Positions 26,129-36,163 are shown, counted from the first letter of the stretch. The stretch: 64,000 bases of DNA from Patescibacteria group bacterium (GCA_038064895.1 JBBTSA010000009.1:13595-77594); one strand, 5' to 3'. Notes: generated from the letters alone by a model not told the origin. Numbers and translations are program-made.

Positions 26129-27667
26129 CTAGAGTTCCTCTCTAGATCGATACTGTAAGCTTTCCGCGATATGCTCTGTTAAAATGTTTTCAGATCCTGA
26201 AAGATCTGCTATAGTTCTTGAAAGTTTCAAAACCCTATGATAGCCTCTTGCAGATAAATTTAGACTGGAAATAGCCATTTTCAAAAGTTCCAATCCATCA
26301 GAGGTAACTGTACAAAACTCCCTAATATCGGCATTCGACATTTCCGAATTAGTCAAAATTCTGCCTGCCCCAGCAAATCTTGCTGCTTGGATTTTCCTTG
26401 CTTTAGTAACTCTAGCTCTTATAGTCTTAGAGTCCTCTGCCAAAAGTTCCCCCGATAATTTATCTACCTCAACTGCAGGCACATCAAGATAAATATCAAT
26501 TCTGTCCAAAAGTGGGCCCGAGATTCTTCTTTTATATTTGGCAATTTGACCCGGCATACAGGAGCAGTTTCTTTTGCTATCGCCTAAAAAGCCGCAAGGA
26601 CAGGGGTTTTGGGCAGCAAAAAGTATAAATTGAGCAGGAAAAGTTAAGGAACCGGAAGCTCTTGAAATAGTTATCTTATGATCCTCCAAAGGTTGTCTTA
26701 AAGATTCCAAAACATACCTTGGGAACTCCGGCAACTCATCCAAGAATAATACTCCTCTATGAGAAAGAGATATCTCTCCAGGCTTAACAGTGTTACCTCC
26801 TCCCAAAAGCCCTACAGCAGAAGCACTGTGGTGTGGCGATCGAAACGGTCTTATAGTTACCAATGATTGCCCATCTTTTAAAAGTCCTGATATAGAATAA
26901 ATCTTTGTTATCTCAATTGCCTCATTAAAATCCAAAGGAGGTAGTATTGAAGGAAAGGCTCGAGCAAGCATTGTTTTACCTGCACCAGGTGGACCTTTTA
27001 ATAATACATTATGTCCTCCTGCAGCTGCTATCTCCAAACCTCTTTTTGCTTGTTCCTGACCTTTTATTTGTGAGAAATTATACTCATAATCTAGGTTTTC
27101 AGTTAAATCAATAGACTTTCTTTTTGCAGGTTCTATAATTTCTTGTCCCATTAAAACCCTCATTATTTGTTGTAAAGAGTCTGCTGCAAAAACATTAACC
27201 CCCTCCACAATTGAGGCCTCATCAGCATTATCTTTTGGAACCAGAATATTTTTAAAGCCTTTTTGTTTTGCAAGTAAAGCATAGGGTAAAATCCCGTCTG
27301 TTTGCCTCAAACCTCCATCCAAGGAGAGTTCTCCTACAACCAGAGTTTTATCAAGTTCAATTGAGGAAGCATCCTTACTTATTAGTTCTGCGGATAAAAG
27401 TAGTCCCAAGGCAATAGGAAGATCAAAAGAAGGGCCTTCTTTTGGTAAATCTGCTGGAGCTAAATTAACAGTGATCTTTTTAGAAGGAAAGTCTTCTTTG
27501 GAGTTTCTAATAGCTGCTCTTACCCGCTCTTTTGATTCCTCAACAGCCCTGTCTGCCAAACCTACAATTGTAAAAGATGGTAAACCTTTAGCTGCAACGT
27601 CAACTTCAGCTGTTACCACGACTGAATCTAAACCAATATTTGCTCCGGAGAAAACTTTTGAAAGCAT
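26129..27667 (-). CDS. comM: YifB/ComM family Mg-chelatase-like AAA+ ATPase
   Basis: Lon-like N-terminus. Walker A 'LLKGPPGAGKTMLA'. 512 aa. Confidence 0.8.
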   Translation of the reverse strand: MLSKVFSGANIGLDSVVVTAEVDVAAKGLPSFTIVGLADRAVEESKERVRAAIRNSKEDFPSKKITVNLAPADLPKEGPSFDLPIALGLLLSAELISKDASSIELDKTLVVGELSLDGGLRQTDGILPYALLAKQKGFKNILVPKDNADEASIVEGVNVFAADSLQQIMRVLMGQEIIEPAKRKSIDLTENLDYEYNFSQIKGQEQAKRGLEIAAAGGHNVLLKGPPGAGKTMLARAFPSILPPLDFNEAIEITKIYSISGLLKDGQSLVTIRPFRSPHHSASAVGLLGGGNTVKPGEISLSHRGVLFLDELPEFPRYVLESLRQPLEDHKITISRASGSLTFPAQFILFAAQNPCPCGFLGDSKRNCSCMPGQIAKYKRRISGPLLDRIDIYLDVPAVEVDKLSGELLAEDSKTIRARVTKARKIQAARFAGAGRILTNSEMSNADIREFCTVTSDGLELLKMAISSLNLSARGYHRVLKLSRTIADLSGSENILTEHIAESLQYRSREEL

Positions 27668-27712
27668 TCAATAATAGTATAGAGGAATGGATATTAAATT
27701 GCCTATTTAAAT

Positions 27713-27776
27713 GCCTAGGAAGATAGTAAGCAAAGCTTGCTATCTGATAAGTTACTGCCTAGGAAGATAGTAAGCC
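27713..27776. repeat. 19-nt direct repeat GCCTAGGAAGATAGTAAGC (27713-27731 and 27757-27775). The 3' P1 strand of rnpB is duplicated 44 nt further downstream, separated by a 10/11-bp hairpin.
   Basis: Seen directly. Confidence 0.8.
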
Positions 27777-28054
27777 AGATTCTGTTTCTAGATGATCATT
27801 TATCTTTAGTGTGATATTAGTCACTCTAAGTCCGATTTAATCGGACTGCTCCTGACTCCAACCATTAAGCGAGTAGCTCGGTTGATTCTAGGATTGCAGC
27901 GGGGAGGATTGCCCGTTTCACTTTTCTCGTCTCTGTTGCTCTAACTAGGTCTTACGACTTCCGACTTACGCCGGACACCCTACTCTATGCTGTCTGGACT
28001 TTCCTGTACGTTCATGTAAACTGAACGTACCGATCATCCTTCTTCCTAGGCTTC
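27757..28054 (-). ncRNA. rnpB: RNase P RNA (bacterial type-A-like, reduced, about 300 nt)
   Basis: Minus-strand read 'AGGAAAGUCCAGACAGCAUAGAGUAGGGUGUCCGGCGUAAGUCGG' matches E. coli M1 'AGGAAAGUCCGGGCUCCAUAGGGCAGGGUGCCAGGUAACGCCUGG'. 'GCAACAGAGA' is conserved. The 3' region 'ACAGAAUCUGGCUUAC' matches 'ACAGAACCCGGCUUAU'. P1 forms between GCCUAGGAAGA and UCUUCCUAGGC. P4 pairing shows compensatory changes. Confidence 0.75.
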
Positions 28055-28066
28055 TATATTATACAC

Positions 28067-29053
28067 TTAAATCTTTCTTCTTTCAATTATTTCACCCACA
28101 ACAATTTGCATAACTACTGCAATTGGTACAGCAAGAATAGCTCCCCCAATTCCAAGAAGTCTTGAACCAACTGCAATTGCCAGAATAACAACTAAAGGAT
28201 TTAAACCTACTGCCCGTTTCATAACCTGTGGCACAATCAGATGATTCTCGAGCTGCTGAATTACAAAATACATAACCGCAACAGCAAAACCTAAGATTGG
28301 AGAAATAGTTAGTGCGATAAGAACAGAAGGTATTGCTGAAACTATTGGTCCTATAACGGGTATAACCTCCAGTATACCGGCAACCACAGCAAGCGGTAGG
28401 GCATACGGGATCCCTAAACTAATAAGTCCTATATAAGAGAGGGTACCTATAATCAAACTTAAAGCTAATTGTCCTCTAAACCAACCGCCTAATTTTTCCT
28501 CAATTTGCACAATTAATTTTTTTACTCTCTCTTGTCTACCTATAAAAAGGGATGCAAATCTGCTTTCCACGTTTTCCCGTTCCAGCAGCAAATAATAAGT
28601 TACAACAAGTAAAAATACTATGGTCAATAAATTATCAAATATTGCGAGTGTTACAGAAAATACATTTTGTGAAAGAGAAGTAAGTTGAGACTGAAGGATA
28701 GATTTATCAATACCTGCAATATTAAATATTTGGGCAAAAATGGGAGGAAGTGTAACAACCAACCTGCTAGTTTCTTCAATAAGAGGTGGTAGGATAATTG
28801 CAAATAGACCTGATACACAAGCTATTATAATAATGTAGGTTATAGCAATTCCTAGTGCCTTAGGAAGTTTTAGTTTGGTGAAGAATTTCACCAAAGGTGA
28901 GAGGGCAGACATTAAAATTAATGCTACAAACAAAATAAGTAATAAATCCCTTATTAGGAAAATTGCCCAAAGTGCTACTATAAATACAGCAATAAAAATA
29001 ATTGTTCTGTGGGAAATATCAATTTTCTGTAGCATCAAGTTCGATAATACCAT
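28067..29053 (-). CDS. Putative AI-2E (PerM/YdiK) family transporter
   Basis: 328 aa with 8 TM helices in the topology typical of AI-2E permeases. Assigned by architecture only. Confidence 0.45.
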   Translation of the reverse strand: MVLSNLMLQKIDISHRTIIFIAVFIVALWAIFLIRDLLLILFVALILMSALSPLVKFFTKLKLPKALGIAITYIIIIACVSGLFAIILPPLIEETSRLVVTLPPIFAQIFNIAGIDKSILQSQLTSLSQNVFSVTLAIFDNLLTIVFLLVVTYYLLLERENVESRFASLFIGRQERVKKLIVQIEEKLGGWFRGQLALSLIIGTLSYIGLISLGIPYALPLAVVAGILEVIPVIGPIVSAIPSVLIALTISPILGFAVAVMYFVIQQLENHLIVPQVMKRAVGLNPLVVILAIAVGSRLLGIGGAILAVPIAVVMQIVVGEIIERRKI

Positions 29054-30021
29054 TTAGATACTTTTTTTTCTACTTTTTGAATGTATCCTTTTTCACTAAT
29101 ATCAAACCAATGTATTCTTTTTTCTTTCTTAAAGTACGTTAGCTGCCTGCGGACAAATCCATGGATTCTGTTCTGCATAATCTCGGTAAGTGAGTCGATA
29201 TCTTTAATTACTCTTTCTAAATAATCAGCTAATATACCATATTCTAATCCAAGCTCCCTCATTCTTTTAAAAGTTAAACCCTTCTTATGTAACTTCTTTG
29301 TTTCTTCAACCATTCCCTGCTTTATTCTGCTAAATACCCCCTCATCTACTCTTTTATAAAGAAAATCTCTTGGTGCAGTTAAACCAATTTTTAATACCTC
29401 ATAACTGGGTGGTTGGAATTTTACTGGTACATCAGATGTAGCTAATTCTATAGCCCGAACTAATCTCCTTGGATTTTGTTTATCTGATGCATTTAAAGAC
29501 TGCCATTTTTGTGAAGATACTTTTTTTAATTTTTCCTGCAAACTTATAAGAGATACTTTTTCAAGATTTTTTCTCTTTCTGAAATCTATCGGCACTGCTA
29601 AGTTAGGTAATCCTTCTGCCAGGGCTTTTATGTACAGTCCGGTTCCCCCTACTATAATTGGAAGCTTGTCTCTATTGTGTACCTCCTTAACAATTTTTTC
29701 AGCTTTTTTCACATAATCAGCTACTGTGTACTGGACTCTTGGATTTACAACATCATACATCCAGATATTTACCCCATCTATTTCCCACCACCCTCTTCTT
29801 ATTTTGACATTTGACATTTGAGATTTGAGATTTGAGATTTTACCAGTACCTATATCCAAGCCTCTGTATACTTGTCTTGAATCACAAGAAACAAGTTCCC
29901 CGTTAAATTTTTTAGCCAAGCTTAAGGCTAAATCAGTTTTACCGGTTGCAGTGGGGCCTAAAATTACTAAAAGTTTATTCATTTGGATATAATAAGGCTT
30001 ACCCATGAAGAAAGCCATCAT
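29035..30021 (-). CDS. miaA: tRNA dimethylallyltransferase. The likely true start is the ATG at 29979.
   Basis: 'VILGPTATGKTDLALSLAKKFNGELVSCDSRQVYRGLDIGTGK'. Confidence 0.85.
   Translation of the reverse strand: MMAFFMGKPYYIQMNKLLVILGPTATGKTDLALSLAKKFNGELVSCDSRQVYRGLDIGTGKISNLKSQMSNVKIRRGWWEIDGVNIWMYDVVNPRVQYTVADYVKKAEKIVKEVHNRDKLPIIVGGTGLYIKALAEGLPNLAVPIDFRKRKNLEKVSLISLQEKLKKVSSQKWQSLNASDKQNPRRLVRAIELATSDVPVKFQPPSYEVLKIGLTAPRDFLYKRVDEGVFSRIKQGMVEETKKLHKKGLTFKRMRELGLEYGILADYLERVIKDIDSLTEIMQNRIHGFVRRQLTYFKKEKRIHWFDISEKGYIQKVEKKVSKWYYRT
29806..29840. repeat. Tandem heptanucleotide repeat (GACATTT)x2(GAGATTT)x3 inside miaA. It encodes 'KISNLKSQMSNVK'.
   Basis: Seen directly. Its unit is near-identical to the reverse complement of the gltX repeat. 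Confidence 0.85.
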
Positions 30022-31147
30022 CTTATTCTTTTACATTCCAGCTGGTCTTTTGATTTTTTATTTTAATTTCTTCCTTCCTCCCCATCAGGAACAGTTTATC
30101 AGCCTAGCTTCTTCCTTTTTACAAGGCAAACTATATTTTCTTTCTCCTGTTTTTGATGCCTCATTTTTTGAAAACCAATATTTTTGGCCGCTGGGTCCTT
30201 TTCCGGCAATTCTTTTGATGCCATTTGTCTTTCTTTCTGGAGGGTCAATAACACAGGGGTATTTACTATTTTTTCTAAACATATTTAACCTATTTTTGCT
30301 TTATAGAATTTCTAAGAAAGTTTCCGGAAATTCTACAACCTCAATTGTAATAAGTTTTGCTGTAATTTTTTCCACGGCATACTTGGGTATTGCTTTAATA
30401 CCTTGGTCTTGGTATTTTGCTCAAAGTGTCGGCTTTGGCTTAACTCTTCTAGCACTAGAAGCCTATTTTTTTAATAGGACATGGTTAATGATAGGCGTCT
30501 ATGTAGGGCTTGCTTTTGCCACAAGAGTATCTTTAATTTTTACAGTCGTTTTTTTTATATTGAGTTTACTATTTTCAGATTTACCAAAACCGAAAAAAAT
30601 TAAAAATTTTGTACTGCTTTTTTTACCGATAGTAATAACTTGCATTTTGATTGGAACTTATAATTGGGCAAGATTTGGTAATATCTTAGAAGGCGGTTAT
30701 TCTAAGCAATTACTTGAAGGAGCTGTAGCAGAAAACCGAGCAGTTGGTCTTTGGAGCTTTGCTCATTTCCCGGCAAATCTTTATTCAATGTTTCTTAAAA
30801 TGCCTGAATCAATTTCTGTCCCTCCGTTTTTAAAAGTTGACGGCTCGGGATTGAGTTTATTAATTACCTCAAGTATTTTTATTTGGATAATATTTAGTGA
30901 TTGGAAAAACTCAAAAGTTAAATTTGCAGCTATTACCTGTTTGTTTATAATATTTTTTCTTGCCGGGAGTTTTACTAATGGATCTTGGCAATATGGTTCT
31001 CGCTATGCAATAGATTATTATCCATTTTTATTTATAATGTTACTCTATTCCTTTAAAAAAGAAGTTTCCTCTAAATTTATCGTCTTGACGGCAGTATCAT
31101 TTTTGCTGAATTTATTTTTTTTAAATCAAGTTTATAATTTATTTTAG
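30005..31147 (+). CDS. Polytopic membrane protein, putative GT-C fold glycosyltransferase (380 aa)
   Basis: At least 9 TM helices. First gene of a three-gene cluster whose last gene is PMT-like. Confidence 0.4.
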   Translation: MKKAIILFFYIPAGLLIFYFNFFLPPHQEQFISLASSFLQGKLYFLSPVFDASFFENQYFWPLGPFPAILLMPFVFLSGGSITQGYLLFFLNIFNLFLLYRISKKVSGNSTTSIVISFAVIFSTAYLGIALIPWSWYFAQSVGFGLTLLALEAYFFNRTWLMIGVYVGLAFATRVSLIFTVVFFILSLLFSDLPKPKKIKNFVLLFLPIVITCILIGTYNWARFGNILEGGYSKQLLEGAVAENRAVGLWSFAHFPANLYSMFLKMPESISVPPFLKVDGSGLSLLITSSIFIWIIFSDWKNSKVKFAAITCLFIIFFLAGSFTNGSWQYGSRYAIDYYPFLFIMLLYSFKKEVSSKFIVLTAVSFLLNLFFLNQVYNLF

Positions 31148-32356
31148 ATGAAAATATTCCAGGATCGTTTTCTAATAATATTTTTGCTTTTGGGGCTTTT
31201 AATCAGGATACTTTTGGCGCCAATCCAAGGGTTTAAATTTGATGTTGATACTTGGTTTTACTGGGCTGAAAGATTAAATAGCGTAGGCCTGGATAAATTT
31301 TATTCCACTGACATTTGGACAGGTTATACCCCTGGATTTTTATACATATTGGGATTTTTAGGTTTTATCAAAAATTTATTTCAAATAGATGCGGCCCAAT
31401 TCTATAGCGTATTAAAATTTCCTTCTATTTTGGCTGAAATGGGACTCGGCATTTTAGTTTACCAAATTATCCCAAAAAATCTTTTCTGGTGGCGCAGAAC
31501 CGGATTAATATTTGTAATGTTAAATCCTTCTTTTATTTTCAACAGTGCAATTTTTGGACAGTTTGATGGTTTATTTAGTTTTACCGTATTACTGGCAGTA
31601 TATTTTTTAACTCAAAAGAAACCTCTTTATGCTTCAATTCTGGGGGGGATTTCATTTTTACTCAAACCTCAAGCCATCTTATTGGTTCCAATTTTTCTAA
31701 TTTACCTTATTAAAAATTTCTCTATTAAAAATATTTTTTTTATTATTCTTCCCGCTTTGTTAATAATATTTTTTGGCTTCTTTCCTTTTTTTATATATAA
31801 TCCTATTGCTGGCCCTATCCAGTTGGTTTCTAATCTGTTAAACTTTTACCCCTTTAGTTCAATATTTGCCTACAATTTTTGGGGTATTTTTGGATTTTGG
31901 ATTCCAGATAATACAATTTTCTTTGGTTTAAATTATCAAACTTGGGGATACATACTATTTATTTTATACTGGTCAGCAATTGCTTATTTTTACTGGAAAA
32001 AAGGGTATTTAACCTTAATGGATCTTGCAACTCTTTCAAGTTTAAGTTTCTTTTTTCTGATTACCAGAATGCATGAACGTTATTTATACCCGGGCCTAAT
32101 TTTCTTAATAATAAGCGCTTTACTTAAAAAATCCAAAGTTCTTACTTTTCTAGCAATAGTACTTAGTTTAATTTATTTACTGGACCTTTATTATGTTTAT
32201 ATCTACTACAATTATTTTTCTTTAAAATTACCTACTTCTATCTATAACTCTGCTTTATATAATTTTGCTGATAAAAATCTTCAATTTATTTCTTTCTTTT
32301 CGACATTTATTTTTCTTATAATTAGCTATATTAAAATAAATGAAAAGAAAATTTAA
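31148..32356 (+). CDS. Polytopic membrane protein, putative GT-C fold glycosyltransferase (402 aa)
   Basis: First extracytoplasmic loop 'FKFDVDTWFYWAERL...GYTPGFLYILG' carries the acidic residues typical of GT-C. About 11 TM helices. Confidence 0.45.
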   Translation: MKIFQDRFLIIFLLLGLLIRILLAPIQGFKFDVDTWFYWAERLNSVGLDKFYSTDIWTGYTPGFLYILGFLGFIKNLFQIDAAQFYSVLKFPSILAEMGLGILVYQIIPKNLFWWRRTGLIFVMLNPSFIFNSAIFGQFDGLFSFTVLLAVYFLTQKKPLYASILGGISFLLKPQAILLVPIFLIYLIKNFSIKNIFFIILPALLIIFFGFFPFFIYNPIAGPIQLVSNLLNFYPFSSIFAYNFWGIFGFWIPDNTIFFGLNYQTWGYILFILYWSAIAYFYWKKGYLTLMDLATLSSLSFFFLITRMHERYLYPGLIFLIISALLKKSKVLTFLAIVLSLIYLLDLYYVYIYYNYFSLKLPTSIYNSALYNFADKNLQFISFFSTFIFLIISYIKINEKKI

Positions 32357-33551
32357 TCCAAACTTAATTCTAATTTTAATTTTGTTAGTTACTGCATTTT
32401 TGCGCTTGGTTCGTCTTGATTTTCCCAATCAATATGTTTTTGATGAAGTTTATCATGCCTATACAGCCAAGGAATATTTAAAAGGCAATAAAGATGCCTG
32501 GAGCCCCTGGGGCAAATCAGAACCAGGTGTTGCTTTTGAATGGTTACATCCGCCTATTGAGAAGGAAATAATGACTGCATCGATGTTTCTATTTAGAAGT
32601 ACTGATGCCTGGGCCTGGAGATTACCCGGAGTGCTCCTTGGGATTTTAGCAGTATATTTAGTCTATAAATTAGCACATATTCTTCTTAAAAATGAGGTTG
32701 CTGCATTATTTTCTAGTTTCTTCTTCTCTGTTGACGGGTTAGTTTTCGTCCAATCTAGAACCGGGATGAACGATGTTTATCTGGTAACTTTTGTCTTAGC
32801 AAGTGTTATCTTTTTTTTAAAAAAAAAGTACCTCTTAGCTGCCCTCTTAATGGGAGTGGCTTGTGCCACCAAATGGCCTGGCGTTTTTTTGGCAATAATA
32901 TACTTCCCATTCCTTCTTACTAAACATCAACCTAAAAAAATCATTCTTTTTATTTTAGTCCCCCTAGCTATCTATCTTTTAAGCTATCTTCCCTATTTTT
33001 TACTTGGATACAAACTGGGCGATTTTATAGAATTACATAGACAGATCTGGTGGTATCAGACCAACCTTAAAGCTACTCATGATTATGCATCTGCTTGGTG
33101 GTCCTGGCCCCTAAATTTATACCCTGTTTGGTACTTTGTAGATTATAAGGATCAAAGAATTACAAATATATTTGCATCAGGCAACTTGGTTGTTTTTTGG
33201 ACCGGAACTGCTGCTTTGATTTTGACTATATGGGAAACGTTTAGAAAAAAGTCTCTTAGTTTATTTATCATCGTTTTAGGTTTTTTGGTATTTTGGTTAC
33301 CTTGGTCCGTATCTCCAAGAATTATGTTTTTATATCATTTCTCACCATCTGTGCCATTTCTTACTTTGGCACTGGGTCATAAGTTGAGTTTATTTTTTGA
33401 GGATAAAAAGCACCGCAAATTTGTAATTCTTTTGCTTATTTTAATGATAACAAACTTTGTGATCATTTATCCTTTTCTTATTGGAATACCAATCCATAAA
33501 GATTTGGTAAATTTCTTTTTCCTGACTAATTTATCCAAGAACCCTTTTTAG
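32340..33551 (+). CDS. PMT-family (GT39-like) phospholipid-carrier-dependent glycosyltransferase
   Basis: 'FDEVYHAYTAKEYLKG...EWLHPP' matches the hallmark PMT_2 N-terminal loop with its DE motif. Multi-TM. Confidence 0.65.
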   Translation: MKRKFNPNLILILILLVTAFLRLVRLDFPNQYVFDEVYHAYTAKEYLKGNKDAWSPWGKSEPGVAFEWLHPPIEKEIMTASMFLFRSTDAWAWRLPGVLLGILAVYLVYKLAHILLKNEVAALFSSFFFSVDGLVFVQSRTGMNDVYLVTFVLASVIFFLKKKYLLAALLMGVACATKWPGVFLAIIYFPFLLTKHQPKKIILFILVPLAIYLLSYLPYFLLGYKLGDFIELHRQIWWYQTNLKATHDYASAWWSWPLNLYPVWYFVDYKDQRITNIFASGNLVVFWTGTAALILTIWETFRKKSLSLFIIVLGFLVFWLPWSVSPRIMFLYHFSPSVPFLTLALGHKLSLFFEDKKHRKFVILLLILMITNFVIIYPFLIGIPIHKDLVNFFFLTNLSKNPF

Positions 33552-33555
33552 CTTT

Positions 33556-34341
33556 TTAAGAAGACGCAGAGGAATACTGTTTTAAAGATAAGTTCCAAAT
33601 TTTTAGAGAAATAAACAAGAGCGAAATTGCAAAGCCAATCGCATAAGTTATATTAAATGGTAAAAGTTGTCCAAGTAATGATTTTGTAGGATAACTCATC
33701 ATAATCCCTACCGGTATAATAAATGTCAAAAATCCACGTATTGGTTCCATATAAATATCAATAGGCATCCTACCCATTGCTGCTATATCTCTATAGACCA
33801 TTACGGCATGATCAATTTCTGTTGTTACAACAGCTAAAGATAAAACCATAATATGAAAAGCAAGGGCAATTATAAATCCTATTGCTATCAGTAGAAAATA
33901 TAATGAGATTGCAAGAGGATCAGTAATATTTAAACGGTTAATAAAATAACCTATTGCAAAAATAAGAGGAATTAAAGTTATAAAATCTATAAAATCAGGA
34001 CCACATGCAAGTGCTCTAAACAAAGGACTGATTGGTTTTATAAGATAAAAGTCAAATGTGCCCATTACTATTGCGGGTCTGAATCTATATACTTCTCTAA
34101 AGAAAAGCTGTGCCAAAATATCAACCAAATTAAAAGATAGGAAAAATAAAATCGTCTCATCCAAACTATAACCTGCCAGTACAGTTGTCTTTTTAACCAA
34201 AATTACAATAAACAGTGTAAATATTGCAAAACGAAGTATTTTTACCAGCAAAAATACTGCCAAAGCCCATCTTACCACCATCTGAACTTGAAAAGAATTT
34301 AGTGCATAAAGCCACCAAATTTTTAGATATTTTAAAATCAT
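33556..34341 (-). CDS. ABC-2 family exporter permease
   Basis: 6-TM permease, third gene of the ATPase-permease-permease operon. Confidence 0.55.
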   Translation of the reverse strand: MILKYLKIWWLYALNSFQVQMVVRWALAVFLLVKILRFAIFTLFIVILVKKTTVLAGYSLDETILFFLSFNLVDILAQLFFREVYRFRPAIVMGTFDFYLIKPISPLFRALACGPDFIDFITLIPLIFAIGYFINRLNITDPLAISLYFLLIAIGFIIALAFHIMVLSLAVVTTEIDHAVMVYRDIAAMGRMPIDIYMEPIRGFLTFIIPVGIMMSYPTKSLLGQLLPFNITYAIGFAISLLFISLKIWNLSLKQYSSASS

Positions 34342-34342
34342 G

Positions 34343-35137
34343 TCAGTATCCTACTGCTGTATAGCTCTTAAGCCCCATATCAAGAACCCATTTGATTAAA
34401 AACCATAAGATTATTACCCAGAAGAATAAAACGGAAAAACCAAAAAGTAGCTCATTACCCATCATTGTTCCTAAATATAATTTCGATGGAAAATAGATTA
34501 AGTATGGAAAAGGAGTTAACATAAGTATTTTGAAAATTGGATTCGGTAAAATATCTATTGGAAAAAGACCGCCGCCGAAACCTTCTAAAATTATAGTCAT
34601 CATAAAAATAAATGCCCATGAACTTTCTACCCAAAAAGCTAAAAGTGAAACAATAAAACTTATGCAAAAATAAATAATGATCCCAGCTATTGCTGCTAAA
34701 ATAGTAAGTAGCAAAATATTTAAGTTTGCTTGAATAATTATTTGTGGTTTTAATAAAAATATCAGCAAAGATATTTCGAAAATAACGAAAGCTATATTAA
34801 GTAGCTTATCTGCAATATCACGTATAAAATAAAACTTAATAAAACTTAGAGGTTTTACTAAAAAATTTACAATTGATCCATCATTTATTTGATTTGCCAA
34901 ATCTGAAGCTCTTGATGATAAAATAATAGCCCTCATTAAAGCAGCAATCATAATATAGGTTAAAATGGTTTTTTGCGTATATCCAAAAACATCATCCCTG
35001 CCTTGAAAAACACTCCACCATATAAAATATATAAGAAGCAGCTGCAGAACAGAACGTATTCTCCAAAGTATAAAATTTAATCTATACACTAAACTATTTT
35101 CCCAAGAGATTTTGAATATTGTCCAATATTTGCTCAT
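34343..35137 (-). CDS. ABC-2 family exporter permease
   Basis: 6-TM permease. Confidence 0.55.
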   Translation of the reverse strand: MSKYWTIFKISWENSLVYRLNFILWRIRSVLQLLLIYFIWWSVFQGRDDVFGYTQKTILTYIMIAALMRAIILSSRASDLANQINDGSIVNFLVKPLSFIKFYFIRDIADKLLNIAFVIFEISLLIFLLKPQIIIQANLNILLLTILAAIAGIIIYFCISFIVSLLAFWVESSWAFIFMMTIILEGFGGGLFPIDILPNPIFKILMLTPFPYLIYFPSKLYLGTMMGNELLFGFSVLFFWVIILWFLIKWVLDMGLKSYTAVGY

Positions 35138-35152
35138 TTGTGAATAAAAATT

Positions 35153-36130
35153 TTACATACCGCGAGCGAAGATGGTCCTTATAATATCTTCAATTGATGG
35201 ATCTTCAATGGTTAAATCAGACACGGGAAACTTAGTTAATAACTTACTGGATCTTTTAGCCACTTCGTTGATTGGTACATGGATATCGGCATGTAATCCA
35301 TCAAACCGCTCTATTTGACCAACAGCTTCAAGTTTTACTCTATCTACAAATTTTATAAAATCTACTTTGATAAGTTTATGTGTTGAAAACTGTTGGACAA
35401 TATTTTCTAATAATCCATCATATAGAATTCTCCCCTCGTCTATAATGATGACTCTTTTACAAAGCTCACGAACATCAGCCATATAATGTGAAGTCAGAAT
35501 TATCGTTGCTCGGAATTTCTGGTTATATTTCTTGATAAAATCTCTCATATTTTTTTGTGCAACAACATCCAAACCAATCGTGGGCTCATCTAAAAATAAT
35601 ATCTTTGGCGAATGCAGCAAAGAAGCAATAAGTTCGCATTTCATTCTTTGACCTAAGGATAACTTTCTTACTTGTACTTTTAAGATATCGTCTACTTGAA
35701 GTATTTTGGATAATTCACGAACTACTTTTTTAAACTTCTCATCCGGCACTTCGTAAATTTCTTTGTTTAAGATAAAACTTTCCATTGGAGGTAAATCCCA
35801 CCAAAGCTGATTTTTTTGACCCATGATTAAGGAAAATTGTTTTTGAAATGCGGACTGTCTTTTAAATGGTTCAAAACCTAGAACCTCTATCTCTCCAGAA
35901 GTTGGATATAAAAGGCCTGATAATACTTTTAACGTGGTTGTTTTACCAGCTCCATTAGGACCAATAAAACCTACAAGTTCTCCTTCTTCAATTTTAAAAG
36001 AAACCCCATCAACTGCCTTAACATTATAATATGTACGGTTAAAAAAGGATTTTATAGAGGCCCAAAAACCCGGTTCTTTTTGATGGACCCGATAATATTT
36101 TTTTAGATTCTTTACGGAGATTATACCCAC
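35153..36130 (-). CDS. ABC transporter ATP-binding protein with a C-terminal extension
   Basis: Walker A 'GPNGAGKTT'. Signature 'LSLGQRMKCEL'. Walker B 'LFLDEPT'. Confidence 0.85.
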   Translation of the reverse strand: MGIISVKNLKKYYRVHQKEPGFWASIKSFFNRTYYNVKAVDGVSFKIEEGELVGFIGPNGAGKTTTLKVLSGLLYPTSGEIEVLGFEPFKRQSAFQKQFSLIMGQKNQLWWDLPPMESFILNKEIYEVPDEKFKKVVRELSKILQVDDILKVQVRKLSLGQRMKCELIASLLHSPKILFLDEPTIGLDVVAQKNMRDFIKKYNQKFRATIILTSHYMADVRELCKRVIIIDEGRILYDGLLENIVQQFSTHKLIKVDFIKFVDRVKLEAVGQIERFDGLHADIHVPINEVAKRSSKLLTKFPVSDLTIEDPSIEDIIRTIFARGM

Positions 36131-36163
36131 AAATAGATTATACCAACAACCAAAGAAGGCGGC

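Noticed and set aside
27700-28060. Inverted repeats GCCTAGGAAGA / TCTTCCTAGGC flanking about 330 nt, considered as a MITE-like mobile element or tmRNA
   Set aside because: The interior carries unmistakable RNase P RNA conserved blocks. The inverted repeats are the P1 helix. No tmRNA tag-peptide frame or tRNA-like ends were found.
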